This document shows, piece by piece, positions 38,327 through 39,920 of a stretch of 39,920 nt of DNA. The notes beneath the pieces were generated by a model, which worked only from the letters and a program-made list of their open reading frames with translations, was not told where the DNA came from and did no database searches. The stretch covers positions 1 to 39,920 of the forward strand of contig JBCBZY010000001.1 in the NCBI GenBank assembly GCA_039815115.1, in the 5' to 3' direction. Made by a program: the position numbers and the translations under genes. Origin of the DNA: Pseudomonadota bacterium (GTDB lineage: Bacteria > Pseudomonadota > Alphaproteobacteria > Sphingomonadales > Sphingomonadaceae). The stretch's first letter is position 1, and each line of letters starts with the position of its first letter.

Positions 38327-38947
38327 TTATTCGGTCACCGGCGAATCATCGGTCGCCGTCATCTTTTTCCTTCTGCCATAAATGATAATCATTCGCAATA
38401 ACTGTAATAGCCCCAGGGGAATAAAATGGACCAGAGCCCCGGTGACGCCGTCATGGATCAGCAGCCAGTGCGCCAGCGTCAGCAGCGCCGCAGCATAGAC
38501 CAGTCGCTGCAGATGCTTCCAGTTGCGACCCAGCCAGCGCATGGCGGCATTGTGGCTGGTCATGGCGAGCGGCACGAACAGCAGTATGGCCGCCCAGCCA
38601 GTCCAGATTCCCGGCGCCCAGAATTCGGCCAATATGGGTTCCAGCTCTTCCATGTCGATCAGGTAGAAGATCAAATGCAGCACCGCATATCCGAACGCGG
38701 CCAGTCCCAGAGCGCGGCGTCGCCGCACCAGCCAGGCAATCCAGGGTCGGTTACCGAACATTGTCTGCAGCGGGGAAATGACCATCGCGGCAATCATGAA
38801 CCGCGCGGAAAACTCGCCGGTCGGATGCAGCATTTCCATCGCGATCAGCTGGCCGGAATAATAGGCGGTGAGCATCGGAATGGCGGGAATGGCGAGAAGT
38901 AGCCAGAAAACCGGCAGGCTGTTCAGGATCCGCAGCACGTTCGTCAT
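38327..38947 (-). CDS. MsrQ/YedZ-like ferric-reductase-type heme membrane protein
   Basis: HPTGE, RRRALGLAAFGYAVLH, LAMTS...WKHLQRLVY...LAH. Confidence 0.9.
   Translation of the reverse strand: MTNVLRILNSLPVFWLLLAIPAIPMLTAYYSGQLIAMEMLHPTGEFSARFMIAAMVISPLQTMFGNRPWIAWLVRRRRALGLAAFGYAVLHLIFYLIDMEELEPILAEFWAPGIWTGWAAILLFVPLAMTSHNAAMRWLGRNWKHLQRLVYAAALLTLAHWLLIHDGVTGALVHFIPLGLLQLLRMIIIYGRRKKMTATDDSPVTE
38381..38399. promoter_or_regulatory. Fur-box-like site upstream of the PepSY gene
   Basis: AATGATAATCATTCGCAAT, containing the palindromic core AATGAT-A-ATCATT. Confidence 0.6.
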
Positions 38948-39032
38948 GTCCGCTCTTTGACCAGTGCAAAGGCGAACGTCCAGCAGATTATTGTGTCAGT
39001 TTGTCGCAAAACACCTGACCAAAACGGTCTCG

Positions 39033-39048
39033 TTAACCTTTTTTTAAC
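39033..39048 (+). promoter_or_regulatory. Consensus CtrA binding site
   Basis: TTAA-CCTTTTT-TTAAC, an exact TTAA-N7-TTAAC. Confidence 0.75.
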
Positions 39049-39070
39049 CATGTTCGGCCAGCTAAAAAGC

Positions 39071-39754
39071 ATGGACAATAGCCGAACATCTGGAACCCGG
39101 GCGCGCGGGATTGCCCTGACGATTGTCGGGGCCTTTTTGCTGAGCGCTTGCGGCGCCATTCCCGGTGGTGATGGTCAGCAGGCCAAGAGACCGCAGGCTT
39201 CGGCGGGTCTGGGTAATTTCGATCCGTCCCCGTCCGCGCGGCAGTGCTTCAGCAAGCTGAGCAAGGCCAATGTGCGTTTTTCACCTCTACCCAACCGGAA
39301 TTTCGTCGGCGGCTGCAGCCAGATTGACAGTATCAAGCTGCTTGATGTGGGTGCGGAAGTCACCAATCTGGGACCGGTACGATGTGAGCTGGCGAGCCGA
39401 TTTGCCGCCTGGACGGAATTTGCCGTGAAACGGGCGGCACGCAAATATCTCGGCAGCGAGCTGGAGCGTATCGAGACCATGGGCAGCTATAGTTGCCGCA
39501 ATATTTCAGGCTCCAGGCGTCTGTCGCAACATGCCCATGCCAACGCGATTGACGTATCCGGATTCGTGCTTGCCGATGGCCGTCGCATCACGCTGATCAA
39601 TGACTGGAATAGCGGGCGGCGCGAACGGCAGTTTTTCGAAGCGATTCACCAGAGCGCGTGCAAACGTTTTGGCACCGTTCTCAGCCCCGACTATAACGCT
39701 GCGCACCGCGATCATTTCCATTTCGACATGAGCGGCAACGGCTATTGTCGGTAG
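39071..39754 (+). CDS. Extensin-like C-terminal domain lipoprotein
   Basis: Lipobox LLSAC; GSYSCR, SQHAHANAID, ACKRFGTVLSPDYNAAHRDHFHFD. Confidence 0.9.
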   Translation: MDNSRTSGTRARGIALTIVGAFLLSACGAIPGGDGQQAKRPQASAGLGNFDPSPSARQCFSKLSKANVRFSPLPNRNFVGGCSQIDSIKLLDVGAEVTNLGPVRCELASRFAAWTEFAVKRAARKYLGSELERIETMGSYSCRNISGSRRLSQHAHANAIDVSGFVLADGRRITLINDWNSGRRERQFFEAIHQSACKRFGTVLSPDYNAAHRDHFHFDMSGNGYCR

Positions 39755-39828
39755 GCTCGCCCATTCCAGCCCACAGAAAATCGATGAACGTCATTGGCAA
39801 GACACCGGTCTTTGCTTAGGGCAGATAC

Positions 39829-39920
39829 ATGACAAATAAAGATTTGCACGACCGCCGCTTCTACCGTGCCAAACAGGAAGCGGATTTCGCCAAACAGGTA
39901 GAGCCCAGGACCCCGCAGAC
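39829..39920 (+). CDS. 5' end of a truncated gene, possibly a LOG-family protein
   Basis: ATG at 39829 is open to the edge (MTNKDLHDRRFYRAKQEADFAKQVEPRTPQ). It resembles sphingomonad LOG-family N-termini from memory only. Confidence 0.4.
   Translation, partial: MTNKDLHDRRFYRAKQEADFAKQVEPRTPQ

Noticed and set aside
1-39920. CRISPR array, transposase, integrase or prophage genes
   Set aside because: No regularly spaced repeats or such protein motifs were seen.

Overview
Core chromosomal region of a GC-rich alphaproteobacterium, most likely Sphingomonadaceae (inferred from sciP-mnmA, serC-serA-hisZ-purA and a PEPxxWA-CTERM gene). The first ~2.55 kb is visibly more AT-rich and abuts the 3' end of tRNA-Thr(CGT). 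It carries the tail of a probable alpha/beta hydrolase and an intact C39-peptidase ABC exporter, so it looks like the edge of an island with a peptide export (RiPP/bacteriocin) cluster. The rest is housekeeping and accessory genes: a PAS-like hypothetical, large NAD-glutamate dehydrogenase, an RND operon with DUF445, sciP, mnmA, a serine hydrolase, PhzF, pdxH, HD-GYP, DnaJ-like, fabI, aroC, transporters, purA, hisZ, serA, serC, PepSY, an MsrQ-like gene and an extensin-like lipoprotein. Best second-look items: (1) a serine hydrolase whose usual N-terminal Cys-rich domain appears to be a separate, divergent gene ~30-40 bp away; (2) an MsrQ-like + PepSY pair lacking msrP, with a Fur-like box inside the upstream gene; (3) several CtrA-type boxes before uncharacterised genes; (4) an ~111-aa hydrophobic insertion in the RND permease; (5) a serC leader RNA and a hybrid REP-like element. 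All calls come from reading motifs by eye; no searches were run.
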